64,000 nucleotides of DNA from an uncultured delta proteobacterium (GTDB lineage: Bacteria; Myxococcota_A; Polyangia; Fen-1088), in the NCBI GenBank assembly GCA_963767925.1, contig CAVYGB010000002.1, positions 768,001-832,000 on the forward strand. The letters are read 5' to 3'. The notes under the pieces are model-generated. The model was not told the origin of the DNA. It ran no database searches and saw only the letters and a program-made list of their open reading frames with translations. Every line of letters starts with the position of its first letter. The stretch's first letter is position 1. This document shows positions 1 to 13,324 of this stretch, in pieces. Both the position numbers and the translations under genes were made by a program.

Positions 1-2019
1 TGGCAGCTCGGGCGGTCGGACGTCACCGACCCGCGCACCGATGCCCGGGCCAACCGGGCCAACCCGCGGCTGCCCATCGGGCGCTTCCTGCTGGAGACGG
101 CGGGCGAGGTCACCGGCGGCGGGGCGCGGCTCGACCTGTGGAACGCCGAGGTCAGCGGCACCCTCACCACCTCCCGCGGCGCCCTCAGCTACCGCAGCTT
201 CGTGCACGCGGAGGAGCCGGTGCTGGTCATCGAGCTCGAGCCGAGCGGCGGTGAACGCGAGGCTCGCTTCGCCTTCCGCCCCGAGGTGGCCATCGTCGAG
301 CGGCTGGTCATGCGCAAAGAGCCGATCGGCCCCGAGCACCTCAACCCCGCCCCCTTCGTGGAGGAGCGGGGCGCCCTGCGCGTGTCGGTGCAGCCGCTGA
401 CCGGCGGCGGCGAGCACGCGGTGGCCTGGCAGGTGGCGCCGGCGGGGCGGCGGCGGCTGCTGGTCCTGGCCATCACCCGCTCGACCGAGGCGGAGGGGGC
501 GCGCAAGGAGGCCGCGGCGGCGGTCGAGCGGGCCCTGAAGCTCGGGGCGGAGCGGCTGCGCCGGTCGCACCGGGCCTTCTGGCACGGCTATTACCCGGCC
601 AGCTTCGTGTCGCTGCCCGACACGCGGCTCGAGAGCTTTTACTGGATCCAGATGTACAAGCTGGCCGCCGCGACCCGCGCCGACCGCCCGGTCATCGACA
701 CGATGGGGCCCTGGTACGGGCGCACGCCCTGGCCGCGCATCTGGTGGAACCTCAACATCCAGCTCACCTACTGGCCGGTGTACACCGCCAACCGGCTGTC
801 GCTCGGCGAGTCGATGCTGGCGGCGATCGATCGCAACAAGGAGACCCTGCACAAGAACGTCCCCGAGGCGCTGCGCGCCGACGCCTACGCCGTCGGCCGC
901 TCGAGCGGGCCGGACGCGCACTCGCCGGTGGGCGGGCCGGGCAGCGGGCCGGGCGAGATGTCGAACCTGGTGTGGGCCATGCACAACTACTGGCTGCACT
1001 ACCGCCACACGATGGACGAGGTGATGCTGCGCGAGCGGCTGTTCCCCCTGCTCCGGGGCAGCGTGAACTACCTGCTGCGGCGCCTGGAGCCCGGCAAGGA
1101 CGGCCGCCTGCACTTGCCCGAGGCGATCTCGCCCGAATACCCGAAGACCGCCGCCGACACGAACTACGACCTGTCGCTGCTGCGCTGGGGGTGCGAGACG
1201 CTGCTGGCGATCGACGCGCGCCTGAAGACCGAGGACCCGCTCGCGCCCCGCTGGCGCGACACCCTGGCCCGACTGACGCCTTACCCGGTGGGGCCGAGCG
1301 GGTACCTGATCGGCAAGGATCAGCCGCTGGCGGTGTCGCACCGGCACTTCTCGCACCTGCTGATGGTCTACCCGCTCAAGCTGGTGACCCCCGCCCGGGC
1401 CGAGGACCGCGCCCTGATCGAGCGGTCCCTGGCCCACTGGATCGGTTTCGAGGGGGCCCTGCAGGGCTACTCCTTCGTGGGTGCCTCGGCGCTGTCGTCG
1501 CTGATGGGCAAGGGGGACGACTCGGCCCGCTTCCTCGACGAGCTGATCGGCCGCTTCGTCAAGCCGAACACCATGTACCTCGAGGCGGGGCCGGTGATCG
1601 AGACGCCGCTGGCCGCCGCCCAGGCGGTGCACGAGATGTTGCTGCAGAACGCGGCCGAGAACACCCTGCGCGTCTTCCCCTCGGTGCCGGAGGCCTGGAA
1701 GGACGTTGTGTTCCACGACCTGCGGGCGGAGGGCGCCTTCCTGGTGAGCGCCACCCGCCGGGGCGGGCGCACCCGGATGGTGAAGTTGACCAGCCTGGCG
1801 GGCGAGCCGGCGACGCTGGAGGTGGCGCTCGAAGATCCCGCGCTGCTGGGGGACGCGGGCGGCGCCGGTGTCGTGCCGGCGGGGCCCGGGCGCTGGCGGA
1901 TCGCGCTGGCCAGAGGCGCCTCCGCCACCCTGCTGGCCAGAGACGCCACCCCCGCCGACCAGACGATCGCCCCGGTCGCCGCCGACCCCGACAAGACCAA
2001 CTTCTTCGGCGTCCGGTAG
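1..2019 (+). CDS. GH95-like glycoside hydrolase (alpha-L-fucosidase-like), 5' end outside the window
   Basis: Frame is open from base 1; motifs WWNLNIQLTYWP and SHRHFSHL; C-terminal FHDLRAEGAFLVSA. Confidence 0.8.
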   Translation, partial: WQLGRSDVTDPRTDARANRANPRLPIGRFLLETAGEVTGGGARLDLWNAEVSGTLTTSRGALSYRSFVHAEEPVLVIELEPSGGEREARFAFRPEVAIVERLVMRKEPIGPEHLNPAPFVEERGALRVSVQPLTGGGEHAVAWQVAPAGRRRLLVLAITRSTEAEGARKEAAAAVERALKLGAERLRRSHRAFWHGYYPASFVSLPDTRLESFYWIQMYKLAAATRADRPVIDTMGPWYGRTPWPRIWWNLNIQLTYWPVYTANRLSLGESMLAAIDRNKETLHKNVPEALRADAYAVGRSSGPDAHSPVGGPGSGPGEMSNLVWAMHNYWLHYRHTMDEVMLRERLFPLLRGSVNYLLRRLEPGKDGRLHLPEAISPEYPKTAADTNYDLSLLRWGCETLLAIDARLKTEDPLAPRWRDTLARLTPYPVGPSGYLIGKDQPLAVSHRHFSHLLMVYPLKLVTPARAEDRALIERSLAHWIGFEGALQGYSFVGASALSSLMGKGDDSARFLDELIGRFVKPNTMYLEAGPVIETPLAAAQAVHEMLLQNAAENTLRVFPSVPEAWKDVVFHDLRAEGAFLVSATRRGGRTRMVKLTSLAGEPATLEVALEDPALLGDAGGAGVVPAGPGRWRIALARGASATLLARDATPADQTIAPVAADPDKTNFFGVR

Positions 2020-2056
2020 CGCCCCCGTCGGCGCAAGGCTGGCAACCCGCTGGCGG

Positions 2057-2186
2057 TTTGCCCTCTCCCCGCGGCCGTCTGCGGCCGGGGGAGAGGGGAG
2101 GGTGAGGGGCGGTGGCCACGCCGGAGGCCCCTCACCCGGCGCGCGGACGCCGCCGACCTCTCCCCACGGCAGACCGCGGGGAGAGG
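2057..2186. repeat. Two oppositely oriented REP-type palindromes
   Basis: CCCTCTCCCC..GGGGAGAGGGGAGGGTGAGGGG (2061-2109) and CCCCTCACCC..CCTCTCCCC..GGGGAGAGG (2128-2186). Confidence 0.75.
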
Positions 2187-2263
2187 TGACGGACCCGGCG
2201 GTGCAGGTGCGGCGGCGGGCGGGGGCGGATGCGGGCGGGCGGCGGGCGCGGTAGGGTGGGGGC

Positions 2264-3832
2264 ATGTCCAGCCACCTCGGAGAGGCGCAGCGAACCGAGG
2301 TCCTCGTCGTCGGGGCGGGGCCGAGCGGGCTGGTGACGGCGCTGTGGCTGCGGCGGCTGGGGATCGCGGTGCGGATCATCGACAAGGTGGATCGCCCGGG
2401 CACCACCTCGCGCGCGCTGGCGGTGCAGGCCCGGACGCTGGAGCTGTACCGCCAGGTCGGCCTGCACCAGGTGGTGCTCGAGCGCGGGCTGGAGTTCGCG
2501 GCGATCAACCTTTGGGTGCGGGGGCAACAGGTCGGCCGGGCCGCCTTCGGCGACATCGGCAAGGGGCTGAGCCGCTTTCCGTTCGTCGTGATGTTGCCCC
2601 AGGACCTGCACGAGGAGCTGCTCATCGAGCGGCTGGCCGCCGAGGGTGTGCCGGTCGAGCGCGCGGTGGAGCTGGTCGGGTTCGAGGAGCGCAGCGGCGG
2701 GGTGCGGGCCCACCTGCGCACCGCCGCCGGGCAGGAGTCGGCCTGCGAGGCGACCTTCGTGGTGGGGTGCGACGGCGCCCACTCGACGGTGCGTCGCTCG
2801 CTCGGCATCGAGTTCCCCGGCGGGACCTACGAGCGGACCTTCTACGTGGCGGACGTCCAGCTCCGCGGCCCGGTGGCCAACCACGAGCTGCACGTCGCCC
2901 TCGACGACGCCGACTTCCTGGCGGTCTTCCCGATCAAGGGCGAGGGAGCCGGCCGCCTGATCGGGACGGTCCGGCGCGAGGCGGAGGAGCTGGGGCGCCC
3001 GCTGACCTGGGACGACGTGAGCGGGCGCGCGGTCGAGCGGCTGCAGATCCGGGTCGACAAGGTCAACTGGTTCTCGACCTACCGGGTGCACCACCGGGTG
3101 GCCGATCGCTTTCGCCAGGGGCGGGCCTTCCTGGTGGGCGACGCCGCCCACATCCACAGCCCCGTCGGCGGGCAAGGGATGAACACCGGCATCGGCGACG
3201 CCGTGAACCTGGCCTGGAAGCTGGCGATGGTGGTGCGGGGGCAGGCCGACTCGCGGCTGCTCGACAGCTACCAGCCGGAACGCATGGCCTTCGCCCAGCG
3301 CCTGGTGGCGACGACCGACCGGGCCTTCACCTTCGTCACGCGCGACGGGGCGCTGGCCCGGCTGGTGCGCCTGGGGGTCATCCCCCGCATCATCCCGAGC
3401 CTCACCAGCCGGGCCGCCGTGCGCCGGTTCATGTTCCAGGCCATCTCCCAGACGGCGGTGACCTACCGCCACAGCGATCTCAGCGCCGGCCGCGCCGGCG
3501 CGGTCCGCGGCGGCGACCGCTTGCCCTGGGTCGCGCTCGCCGACGCTCCCGGCGGAGACAACCACGCCAGCCTCGACTCCGTGAGCTGGCAGGTCCACGT
3601 CTACGGACAGCCCCCGCTCGACCTGCAGTCCGCCGCCGCCCGCCGGGGCGTACCCCTGCACACCTTCCCCTGGACCCCGCCGATGGAAGCCACCGGCCTC
3701 GCCCGCAACGCCGCCTACCTCGTCCGCCCCGACGGCTACATCGCCCTCGCCGATCCCGCCGCCCGCGCCGATCGGCTGGAACGTTATCTGGAAACCCAGG
3801 GCTTACGCCCGTCGCCCGTCACGTCCGGCTAA
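2264..3832 (+). CDS. FAD-dependent monooxygenase (UbiH/PheA-like)
   Basis: VVGAGPSG, GCDGAHS, GDAAHIHSPVGGQGMNTG and C-terminal LVRPDGY. Confidence 0.92.
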   Translation: MSSHLGEAQRTEVLVVGAGPSGLVTALWLRRLGIAVRIIDKVDRPGTTSRALAVQARTLELYRQVGLHQVVLERGLEFAAINLWVRGQQVGRAAFGDIGKGLSRFPFVVMLPQDLHEELLIERLAAEGVPVERAVELVGFEERSGGVRAHLRTAAGQESACEATFVVGCDGAHSTVRRSLGIEFPGGTYERTFYVADVQLRGPVANHELHVALDDADFLAVFPIKGEGAGRLIGTVRREAEELGRPLTWDDVSGRAVERLQIRVDKVNWFSTYRVHHRVADRFRQGRAFLVGDAAHIHSPVGGQGMNTGIGDAVNLAWKLAMVVRGQADSRLLDSYQPERMAFAQRLVATTDRAFTFVTRDGALARLVRLGVIPRIIPSLTSRAAVRRFMFQAISQTAVTYRHSDLSAGRAGAVRGGDRLPWVALADAPGGDNHASLDSVSWQVHVYGQPPLDLQSAAARRGVPLHTFPWTPPMEATGLARNAAYLVRPDGYIALADPAARADRLERYLETQGLRPSPVTSG

Positions 3833-3841
3833 CGGCCTGGA

Positions 3842-3888
3842 GACCCCTCACCCCACCCTCTCCCCGCTGCCGCGGGGCGAGGGCGAAC
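3842..3888 (+). repeat. REP-type palindrome
   Basis: GACCCCTCACCCCACCCTCTCCCCGCTGCCGCGGGGCGAGGGCGAAC, near-identical to 53281-53327. Confidence 0.85.
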
Positions 3889-3926
3889 GGGCAACGGGGG
3901 TGCGGAAATCTTCTCAAAGCCACCGT

Positions 3927-4268
3927 ATCCCCTCGAGGTGTTGATCCCCTCGAGGTGTGATCCCCTCGAGGTGTGATCCCCTCGAGGTGTGATCCCCTCG
4001 AGGTGTGATCCCCTCGAGGTGTGATCCCCTCGAGGTGTTGATCCCCTCGAGGTGTGATCCCCTCGAGGTGTGATCCCCTCGAGGTGTGATCCCCTCGAGG
4101 TGTTGATCCCCTCGAGGTGTGATCCCCTCGAGGTGTGATCCCCTCGAGGTGTGATCCCCTCGAGGTGTGATCCCCTCGAGGTGTGATCCCCTCGAGGTGT
4201 GATCCCCTCGAGGTGTGATCCCCTCGAGGTGTGATCCCCTCGAGGTGTGATCCCCTCGAGGTGTTGAT
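3927..4268. repeat. Tandem array of 21 copies of a 16-bp unit (ATCCCCTCGAGGTGTG), a few with an extra T
   Basis: Directly visible; no unique spacers; the unit contains the palindrome CCTCGAGG. Confidence 0.95.
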
Positions 4269-4286
4269 CGAGGCATCTCGCTGATC

Positions 4287-4332
4287 GTTCGCCCTCGCCC
4301 CGCGGAGCGGGGAGAGGGTGGGGTGAGGGGTC
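4287..4332 (-). repeat. REP-type palindrome, inverted relative to 3842-3888
   Basis: GTTCGCCCTCGCCCCGCGGAGCGGGGAGAGGGTGGGGTGAGGGGTC. Confidence 0.85.
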
Positions 4333-4469
4333 TCCGGGTCAGCGTGATCATTGTCCTTACACGGGCAACCCGATCTGGGCGGGCGGAGCGACAAATCAGT
4401 GGGCGACGGGAATGTACTCGGCAGGGAGGCGCTCTACCTTCGGCGGTGATGCACCTGCGTGGGGACTGG

Positions 4470-4631
4470 ATGGAACCGCGGGCCCTGCGCCACCCTTCCG
4501 CCGCCGCCCTGGCTCTGGCGGTCCTGGTCGCTGCGGTCGGCCTCGCGGGCTGCCGGACCGATGGGGACAATTTGCCGGTGAACGTCCGGGACGGGGGCGG
4601 GTCGATGGCCTCCCCTCCTGCACCACGGTGA
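4470..4631 (+). CDS. Small putative lipoprotein (53 aa)
   Basis: Hydrophobic stretch ending in lipobox LAGC; GGGGA upstream of the ATG. Confidence 0.5.
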   Translation: MEPRALRHPSAAALALAVLVAAVGLAGCRTDGDNLPVNVRDGGGSMASPPAPR

Positions 4632-4740
4632 GCACCGTGACCCCCGCCCTGGTCCCTTGACCGGCCCGCGGACAGAGAACCCGACCCTCGCCGGGCCCCA
4701 CCTCACCGATCGCGGCCCGACCGCGACCCGGCCCGCGCTC

Positions 4741-5439
4741 CTACGAGTCGGTCGAGGGCTTGCCGCTGCGGCCGCCCACCTCGTCGAGGTGCTTGAGCAT
4801 GTCGGCGGGGTCTTCGTAGACCCGGTAGGCGCCCGCCCGCTCCAGCTCCTCCTGGCCGTACCCGCCCGACAGCAGACCGATGCCGAGGGCCCGGGCCCGC
4901 CGGGCAGCCAGCATGTCCCACACGCTGTCGCCCACCACCTGCGAGATCTCGATCGAGACCCCCAGGCGGTCGGCCGCCGCCAGGAACAGGTCGGGGTCCG
5001 GCTTGGCGAACTGCACCTGATCCCGCGTCACGACCGGCGTCTTCTCGAGGTCCACCCCGAGCTGGGCCAGCGCCGGGCCGGCGGTCTCCATCCGGCTGCT
5101 GGTGGCGATGGCCCAGGGGATGCCCGCGCTGGTCAAGGTGGCCAGCAGCGCCCGGGCCCCGGGCAACGGCCGCATCTGCGACTGATAGCGGTTGAAGGCC
5201 TCGGCGTGGGCCTTGCGCACGCGGGCCGAGCGGGCCGGGTCGAGGGCCAGGCCGGTCTCCCGCAACAACATGTTGGTGAGCAAGCCGCCGCTCATCCCGA
5301 TCTTGCGGTGGATGCGCCAGACCGACAGCTCGATCCCCTCGCTCTCCAGCGCCTCCTTCCAGGCCAGCACGTGCTGGTAGACGCTGTCGACAAGGGTGCC
5401 GTCGAGATCGAACAGAAAAGCGGTGCGTGGGTGGGACAT
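4741..5439 (-). CDS. HAD-superfamily hydrolase
   Basis: FDLDGTLVDS, KPDPD and VGDS motifs; GGAGG RBS before the ATG. Confidence 0.92.
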   Translation of the reverse strand: MSHPRTAFLFDLDGTLVDSVYQHVLAWKEALESEGIELSVWRIHRKIGMSGGLLTNMLLRETGLALDPARSARVRKAHAEAFNRYQSQMRPLPGARALLATLTSAGIPWAIATSSRMETAGPALAQLGVDLEKTPVVTRDQVQFAKPDPDLFLAAADRLGVSIEISQVVGDSVWDMLAARRARALGIGLLSGGYGQEELERAGAYRVYEDPADMLKHLDEVGGRSGKPSTDS

Positions 5440-5480
5440 GGATCCTCCGCGGGTGCCGGGCGCGTGCCACTCAGGTGGGG

Positions 5481-6266
5481 TCACACCCGCCGCAACACCA
5501 GGGGGCGCGACTTGCTCCCGCGGAGCAGCGGGCCCAGGGGCGACTCCCGGTAGCCGGGGCGATCGACGGCGGGGTCGATCACGTATTCGAGCGTCCCCAG
5601 CACCTCGATCTCGTCGCCCGGGCGGATCAGCTCCTCGGCGTGCACGAACACGACGATCCCCTTCTCCGGATCGTCGACCCGCGACCAGAGCGGCTCGTCG
5701 TGCACCCGCGGCTCGCCCAGGGTCGAGCCCACCGTCACCCAGAAGGCGCCGCTGACGTCGACGGCGGCGCTCTCGTTGTTGTCGAGCAGCAGGCGGAAGT
5801 CCTGCCCGCGCACCTCGTGCAGGGTCAGGTTCTTGCCATCGAAGCGGCGGACCTGGCCGATGTAGAGGGCCAGGGTGGCGTCCCGGGGGGTCCCCGAGCG
5901 GGGCGGGGCGGTCCCCGCGGCCACCTTGCCCCGCAGGCGGACCCGGTCACCCCGGTGGCAGCTGGCCAGCGAGGTGCGCACGGAGGTCCGCTCGAAGACG
6001 CGGCGATAGCGATCCCGCCGGAGCTCGGCGATGCTGACGGCGAGGAGCGCGCCCAGGCCGAGCCCGATGCCCAGGCCCTCGAGGGCGGGGAAGGCCGCGG
6101 CCAGCGACGGCTCCAGGATGCCGAGGGTCAGGCCGGCGCAGAAGGTGGCGGGCAACACCACCGGCATGCGGGGCGCGGGCCGCACCCGGGTCTGGCGCAG
6201 GAGGCGCCCGTGCTCGGGGTGAGCCAGCGTGGTGAAGACCGAGAGGGTTCGTCGAGCGAGCAGCAT
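5481..6266 (-). CDS. Hypothetical membrane protein
   Basis: Two hydrophobic segments then a soluble domain; normal high-GC codon pattern; start uncertain. Confidence 0.65.
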   Translation of the reverse strand: MLLARRTLSVFTTLAHPEHGRLLRQTRVRPAPRMPVVLPATFCAGLTLGILEPSLAAAFPALEGLGIGLGLGALLAVSIAELRRDRYRRVFERTSVRTSLASCHRGDRVRLRGKVAAGTAPPRSGTPRDATLALYIGQVRRFDGKNLTLHEVRGQDFRLLLDNNESAAVDVSGAFWVTVGSTLGEPRVHDEPLWSRVDDPEKGIVVFVHAEELIRPGDEIEVLGTLEYVIDPAVDRPGYRESPLGPLLRGSKSRPLVLRRV

Positions 6267-6872
6267 GGGATCGCCTGCGCTACTCCGGAAGGCCGCCCTG
6301 GGGTCGGCCCGATCGCCGGACCACCACCGGTTCCAGCACCACCAGGACCGGGAGGCGCAGCCTTGCGAGCAAACGCATCGAGGACAATTGTACGCCCACG
6401 ATCGGCCCGGTGGCACCCCTCTTCGGCGCGGCGGACGGGGGCGTACGTGCGCGTGGTCGCTCCACCGGTACCACCACCGGTCACCACGGGCCGCTACCGG
6501 TCACAGCCGGTCCCTTCGGGGGGCCGCCCGGGACGCGGTATGTCGATTGCAAAGAGCGCAGCGAGAGCAAGAAGAGCGATGAGCTTACCGATGTGGCGCG
6601 GTCGCCACCGCCCGGCGAGGAGGCCGCGGGGAACCGGCGCGTCTGGCCGGGTCGGTCCGGTGTGGGTCCGATGGGTGGCGCCCGCGCCGCCGCGCCGGGA
6701 CGGCGTGTGCGACTTGCACCGCCGGTCGGGTCGCCCGCCCTGTCGAGCCCCGCGAACCTCCAGACGGGTCCGGTACCGTTTCATCACCCCGGGTGGTTTG
6801 AGGCGCAAACCGTGCATCGGAGACGAGCGCCGGGATTTCCGGGGGGACCTGGGCGGGTTAGAAGAGGAGCCC

Positions 6873-7988
6873 ATGATCGTCATTGCCGGGGCGGGAATCG
6901 GGGGGCTCACGCTCGGGTGCGCGCTCGCGCGGGCGGGCCTCCCCTTCGTCATCTTCGAGCGGGCCGCGGAGCTGCGCCCGGCGGGGGCCGGCATCGCCCT
7001 GTCGCAGAACGCGTTCGCGGCGCTCGCCCACCTGGGCCTCGAGCAGCCGGCGCGCGCCGCCGGCAAGGCGCTCGGCCAGGCCGTCATCTGCGACCAGACC
7101 GGGCGCACGCTGATCGCCGCCAAGGGGCCGTCGGTGGGCGGCACGGTGGCGATGGCCCGCTCCGACCTGCAGACCGTGCTGCTCGACTCGCTGGGCGGGC
7201 TGGTCGAGACCGGCCGGGCGGTGCGCGGCTACCGGGCGCGCCCGGGCGGCGTGCTCGTCGAGATGGAGGACGGCGAGGAGATCAAGGCCGACCTGCTGGT
7301 GGGGGCCGACGGGCTGCACTCCACCGTCCGGGCGATCATGCGCGGGCGCGAGCCGCTGCGCTACGCCGGCTACACGAGCTGGCGGGCCATCGTCGAGGGG
7401 GTGCCGCTGCCGAACGAGGAGCACGCCACCGAGAGCTGGGGCATCGGCCAGCGCTTCGGCGTCGCCGCCATCGGCGGCGGGCGGGTCTACTGGTTCGCGG
7501 TGGCCGACGCCCCCGCCGGCCAGGCCGACGGCCCCGACCCGCGCCCCGCCCTGCTGGCCCGCTTCGCCGGCTGGCACGACCCGGTCGAGCGGCTGATCGC
7601 CGCGACGCCCCCGGCCCGCGTCCTGCGCACCGACATCCACGACCGTCCGCCCATCGACCGCTGGATCGAGGGCTACGTGACCTTGCTGGGCGACGCCGCC
7701 CACCCCATGACGCCCAACCTGGGCCAGGGCGGCTGCCAGGCCATCGAGGACGCTGTCGTGCTGGCCAGCGCCCTCGCCCGCTTCGGCGAGGTGCAGCCGG
7801 CCCTGCTGCACTACCAGAAGCGCCGGCTGGCCCGGGCCAACGGCTTCGTCGTCCGCTCCTGGCGGTTCGGGCAGCTCGCTCACCTGCGGGCGGCCCCCAT
7901 GCGCTGGCTGCGCGATCACGCGCTGCGGGCCATGCCCGCGACGCTCACCGCGCGCGCGGCGACCCGCGACCTGCAGTTCCGGCTGTGA
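6873..7988 (+). CDS. FAD-dependent monooxygenase
   Basis: MIVIAGAGIGG, GADGLHS and GDAAHPMTPNLGQGG; GAGGAG RBS. Confidence 0.92.
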   Translation: MIVIAGAGIGGLTLGCALARAGLPFVIFERAAELRPAGAGIALSQNAFAALAHLGLEQPARAAGKALGQAVICDQTGRTLIAAKGPSVGGTVAMARSDLQTVLLDSLGGLVETGRAVRGYRARPGGVLVEMEDGEEIKADLLVGADGLHSTVRAIMRGREPLRYAGYTSWRAIVEGVPLPNEEHATESWGIGQRFGVAAIGGGRVYWFAVADAPAGQADGPDPRPALLARFAGWHDPVERLIAATPPARVLRTDIHDRPPIDRWIEGYVTLLGDAAHPMTPNLGQGGCQAIEDAVVLASALARFGEVQPALLHYQKRRLARANGFVVRSWRFGQLAHLRAAPMRWLRDHALRAMPATLTARAATRDLQFRL

Positions 7989-8964
7989 GGGGGGCGGCGG
8001 CGGTGCGCAGGAAGGCGACCGAGGGCCGCCCCTGCTCGGTGATGGTGCCGGTGCGGGCCTCGAGGCCGATCGCGCCCCGGTAGCGGATGCGCGCGAGGTT
8101 GTCGAAGAAGCCGGCGTAGTCGGCCTCGCTGGCGGCCAGGGGGAAGGCGCGGCCCTTCGGGTTGGCCACCCGCACGTGGTACAGGCGGTTGCGGGTGGTG
8201 AGCAGGACGCTCGAGGGCTCGCCCGCCTGGGTCAGGTGGTAGTAGTCGATGGTGATGCCGAAGGCGGGGTGGTTGACCGCCCTGGTGAGGGCGACGGCCT
8301 CGGCGACGGAGTTGATGGTGCCGGCCTCGGCCGCCCCCAGCGGCTCGATGCCGATGGTCAGCTTGTGCTTGCGGGCCAGGCCCGCCGCGCGCTTGCTGAA
8401 CTCGACGAGCTGGCGGGAGGCCTCCTTCGGGGAGAAGCCCTCGGGGGGCGTGCGCGAGCGGCCGCTGCCGAACACGATCGCCTTGAGCCCGAGGCGCTCG
8501 GCGCGGGCGAAGGCCCGGGTCAGGTATTCGTCCTGCTTGGCCTTGTCGACCTCGGGGCCGACCACCTTCAGCTCCGGGGGCAGGAAGTTGATGGCGGCGA
8601 GGACCGGGAGCCGCAGGGTTTTGAGGCGGGCGAGGAGCTGCTCGAACTCCGCATCGCTGAGGGCGGCGGCGTTGCGCAGGCCGATCTCGGCGAACTCGAA
8701 GCCGGCCGCCTTCACGTCCTCGAGCGCGGGGGCGGCCAGGCCGGCGTAACACCCGATGGGGATGCCGGGGACGGCGGGCGGCAAGGGGGTGGCGGCCGCG
8801 GCGGCCGCCGGCGCGGTGGCGGGCGCGGCGCTTGCTGGGGCAGCGGCGGCGGCGGTGGGCGGGGCGGCGGTGGGCGCAGCGGCAGCGGGCGCGGCGGCAG
8901 CGGGCGCGGCGGCGGCGAGAGACAGGAGCACCCAGGTCCAGGTCGGCAGCGTCCGTTCGGGCAT
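7945..8964 (-). CDS. Sugar-phosphate isomerase/epimerase (xylose-isomerase-like TIM barrel) with signal peptide and Ala/Pro linker
   Basis: VFGSGRSR, IGIEPL, DYYHL, HVRVAN and IGLE motifs; 3' end overlaps the convergent monooxygenase. Confidence 0.8.
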   Translation of the reverse strand: MPERTLPTWTWVLLSLAAAAPAAAAPAAAAPTAAPPTAAAAAPASAAPATAPAAAAAATPLPPAVPGIPIGCYAGLAAPALEDVKAAGFEFAEIGLRNAAALSDAEFEQLLARLKTLRLPVLAAINFLPPELKVVGPEVDKAKQDEYLTRAFARAERLGLKAIVFGSGRSRTPPEGFSPKEASRQLVEFSKRAAGLARKHKLTIGIEPLGAAEAGTINSVAEAVALTRAVNHPAFGITIDYYHLTQAGEPSSVLLTTRNRLYHVRVANPKGRAFPLAASEADYAGFFDNLARIRYRGAIGLEARTGTITEQGRPSVAFLRTAAAPLTAGTAGRGSPRAR

Positions 8965-8987
8965 GGTGGGCGCTACCATACCCCGCC

Positions 8988-9863
8988 TCAGGGGGCGCGG
9001 GCGATGGGCGCCGGCGCGGGGCCGGCGGCGGCGAGCACGTGGGCGGGGGGCAACCGCAGATCCCAGACCACCCCCAGCGCGGCCAGCGCGCGCAGGCAGT
9101 AATAGCTGAAGTCGATCTGCCACCAGTGCCAGCCCTGGTTGGCCGAGGACTGGTAGTGGTGGTGGTTGTTGTGCCAGCCCTCGCCGCAGGTGATCAGCGC
9201 CAGCAGCCAGCTGTTGCGGCTGCCGTCGGTGGTGGCGTAGCGGACGTGTCCGAAGCGGTGGGCGATCGAGTTCACGGTGAAGCTGCCGTGCCACAGCAGG
9301 ATGGTGCCAACGACGCCGCCCCAGACCAGCGCGGGCAGCCCGCCGGCCAGCAGGAGCGCCAGCATGAAGACCGCCGGCGGCACCAGGTAGAACCGGTTGA
9401 GCCAGCGCAGCTCCGGGAAGCCGGCGAGGTCGCGCACCCGGTCCAGGTTGGTGGCCCCGTAGCTGGGCGACAGCACCCAGCCGAGGTGCGACCACCAGAA
9501 GCCGCTCTGGATGGGAGAGTGGAGATCCTGGGGCCCGTCCGAGAAGCGGTGGTGGTCGCGGTGGTGGGCCGACCACCACAACACGCCCTTTTGCAGGCTG
9601 GTCATCGCCATGAAGGCCAGGACGAACTGGAACGGGCGGCTGGTCTTGAACGACCGGTGCGAAAAATAACGGTGGTACCCCGCCGTCACCCAGAACATCC
9701 GGAAGTAATAAGAGCCCAGGGCGAACAGCGGGTAGTACCAGGCAAAGTCGATCAGAAAGACCCCCGCCGCCAGCAGGTGGAACATGATGAACGGCTGCGG
9801 CGGCCACCAGCGGATCTTCTCCGGTGGGGGCACGACGGTCGTTGCCGGGAGGGTCAGGGACAT
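8988..9863 (-). CDS. Acyl-CoA (delta-9-type) fatty acid desaturase
   Basis: His boxes HRYFSH, HRDHH and GEGWHNNHH. Confidence 0.93.
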   Translation of the reverse strand: MSLTLPATTVVPPPEKIRWWPPQPFIMFHLLAAGVFLIDFAWYYPLFALGSYYFRMFWVTAGYHRYFSHRSFKTSRPFQFVLAFMAMTSLQKGVLWWSAHHRDHHRFSDGPQDLHSPIQSGFWWSHLGWVLSPSYGATNLDRVRDLAGFPELRWLNRFYLVPPAVFMLALLLAGGLPALVWGGVVGTILLWHGSFTVNSIAHRFGHVRYATTDGSRNSWLLALITCGEGWHNNHHHYQSSANQGWHWWQIDFSYYCLRALAALGVVWDLRLPPAHVLAAAGPAPAPIARAP

Positions 9864-10176
9864 TCCCTTCATCCTGGGGGCTAAGGGGTGCGAAGCTGTC
9901 ACCGTTCCGTCATGTTCACCGCGCGCCGCGCGTTGGCCGGACACGGACCAGCCGCGTCTCGCGTGGAGGGCGCCCTGGCGAGTTGACCGTCGAGCTCGTC
10001 CCCGGAGTTGCCTGCGGTGGCGAGCATTCGTGACTCGTCCCTGCGGGGCCGGGGTGCCGAGCGACGTCGGCGAATTGCCCGCGCCGGCGGCCCTGAACGC
10101 GTCATCTGGCGGCGCGACGCGGGCGGCGGGCGGAGTCGGGCCGGCGCCACTTGGCCCATGATTCGCCGGGCAATCC

Positions 10177-13314
<3,138 letters not shown>

Positions 13315-13324
13315 GGGAGCCCCG

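Noticed and set aside
3927..4268. CRISPR array
   Set aside because: Contiguous identical 16-bp units with no unique spacers; no cas genes in the window
6280..6600. Trp/Cys-rich peptide (CPRCVC..WWCWNRWW) as a RiPP precursor
   Set aside because: No convincing start or RBS and no modifying enzymes nearby; may be a decayed gene
5427..6872. N-terminal extension of the 853-aa ORF
   Set aside because: Antisense to a real gene; the monooxygenase starts at 6873 with a good RBS
8980..9807. Desaturase-isomerase fusion implied by the 620-aa ORF
   Set aside because: The upstream part is an alternative frame of the desaturase, which has its own stop at 8988
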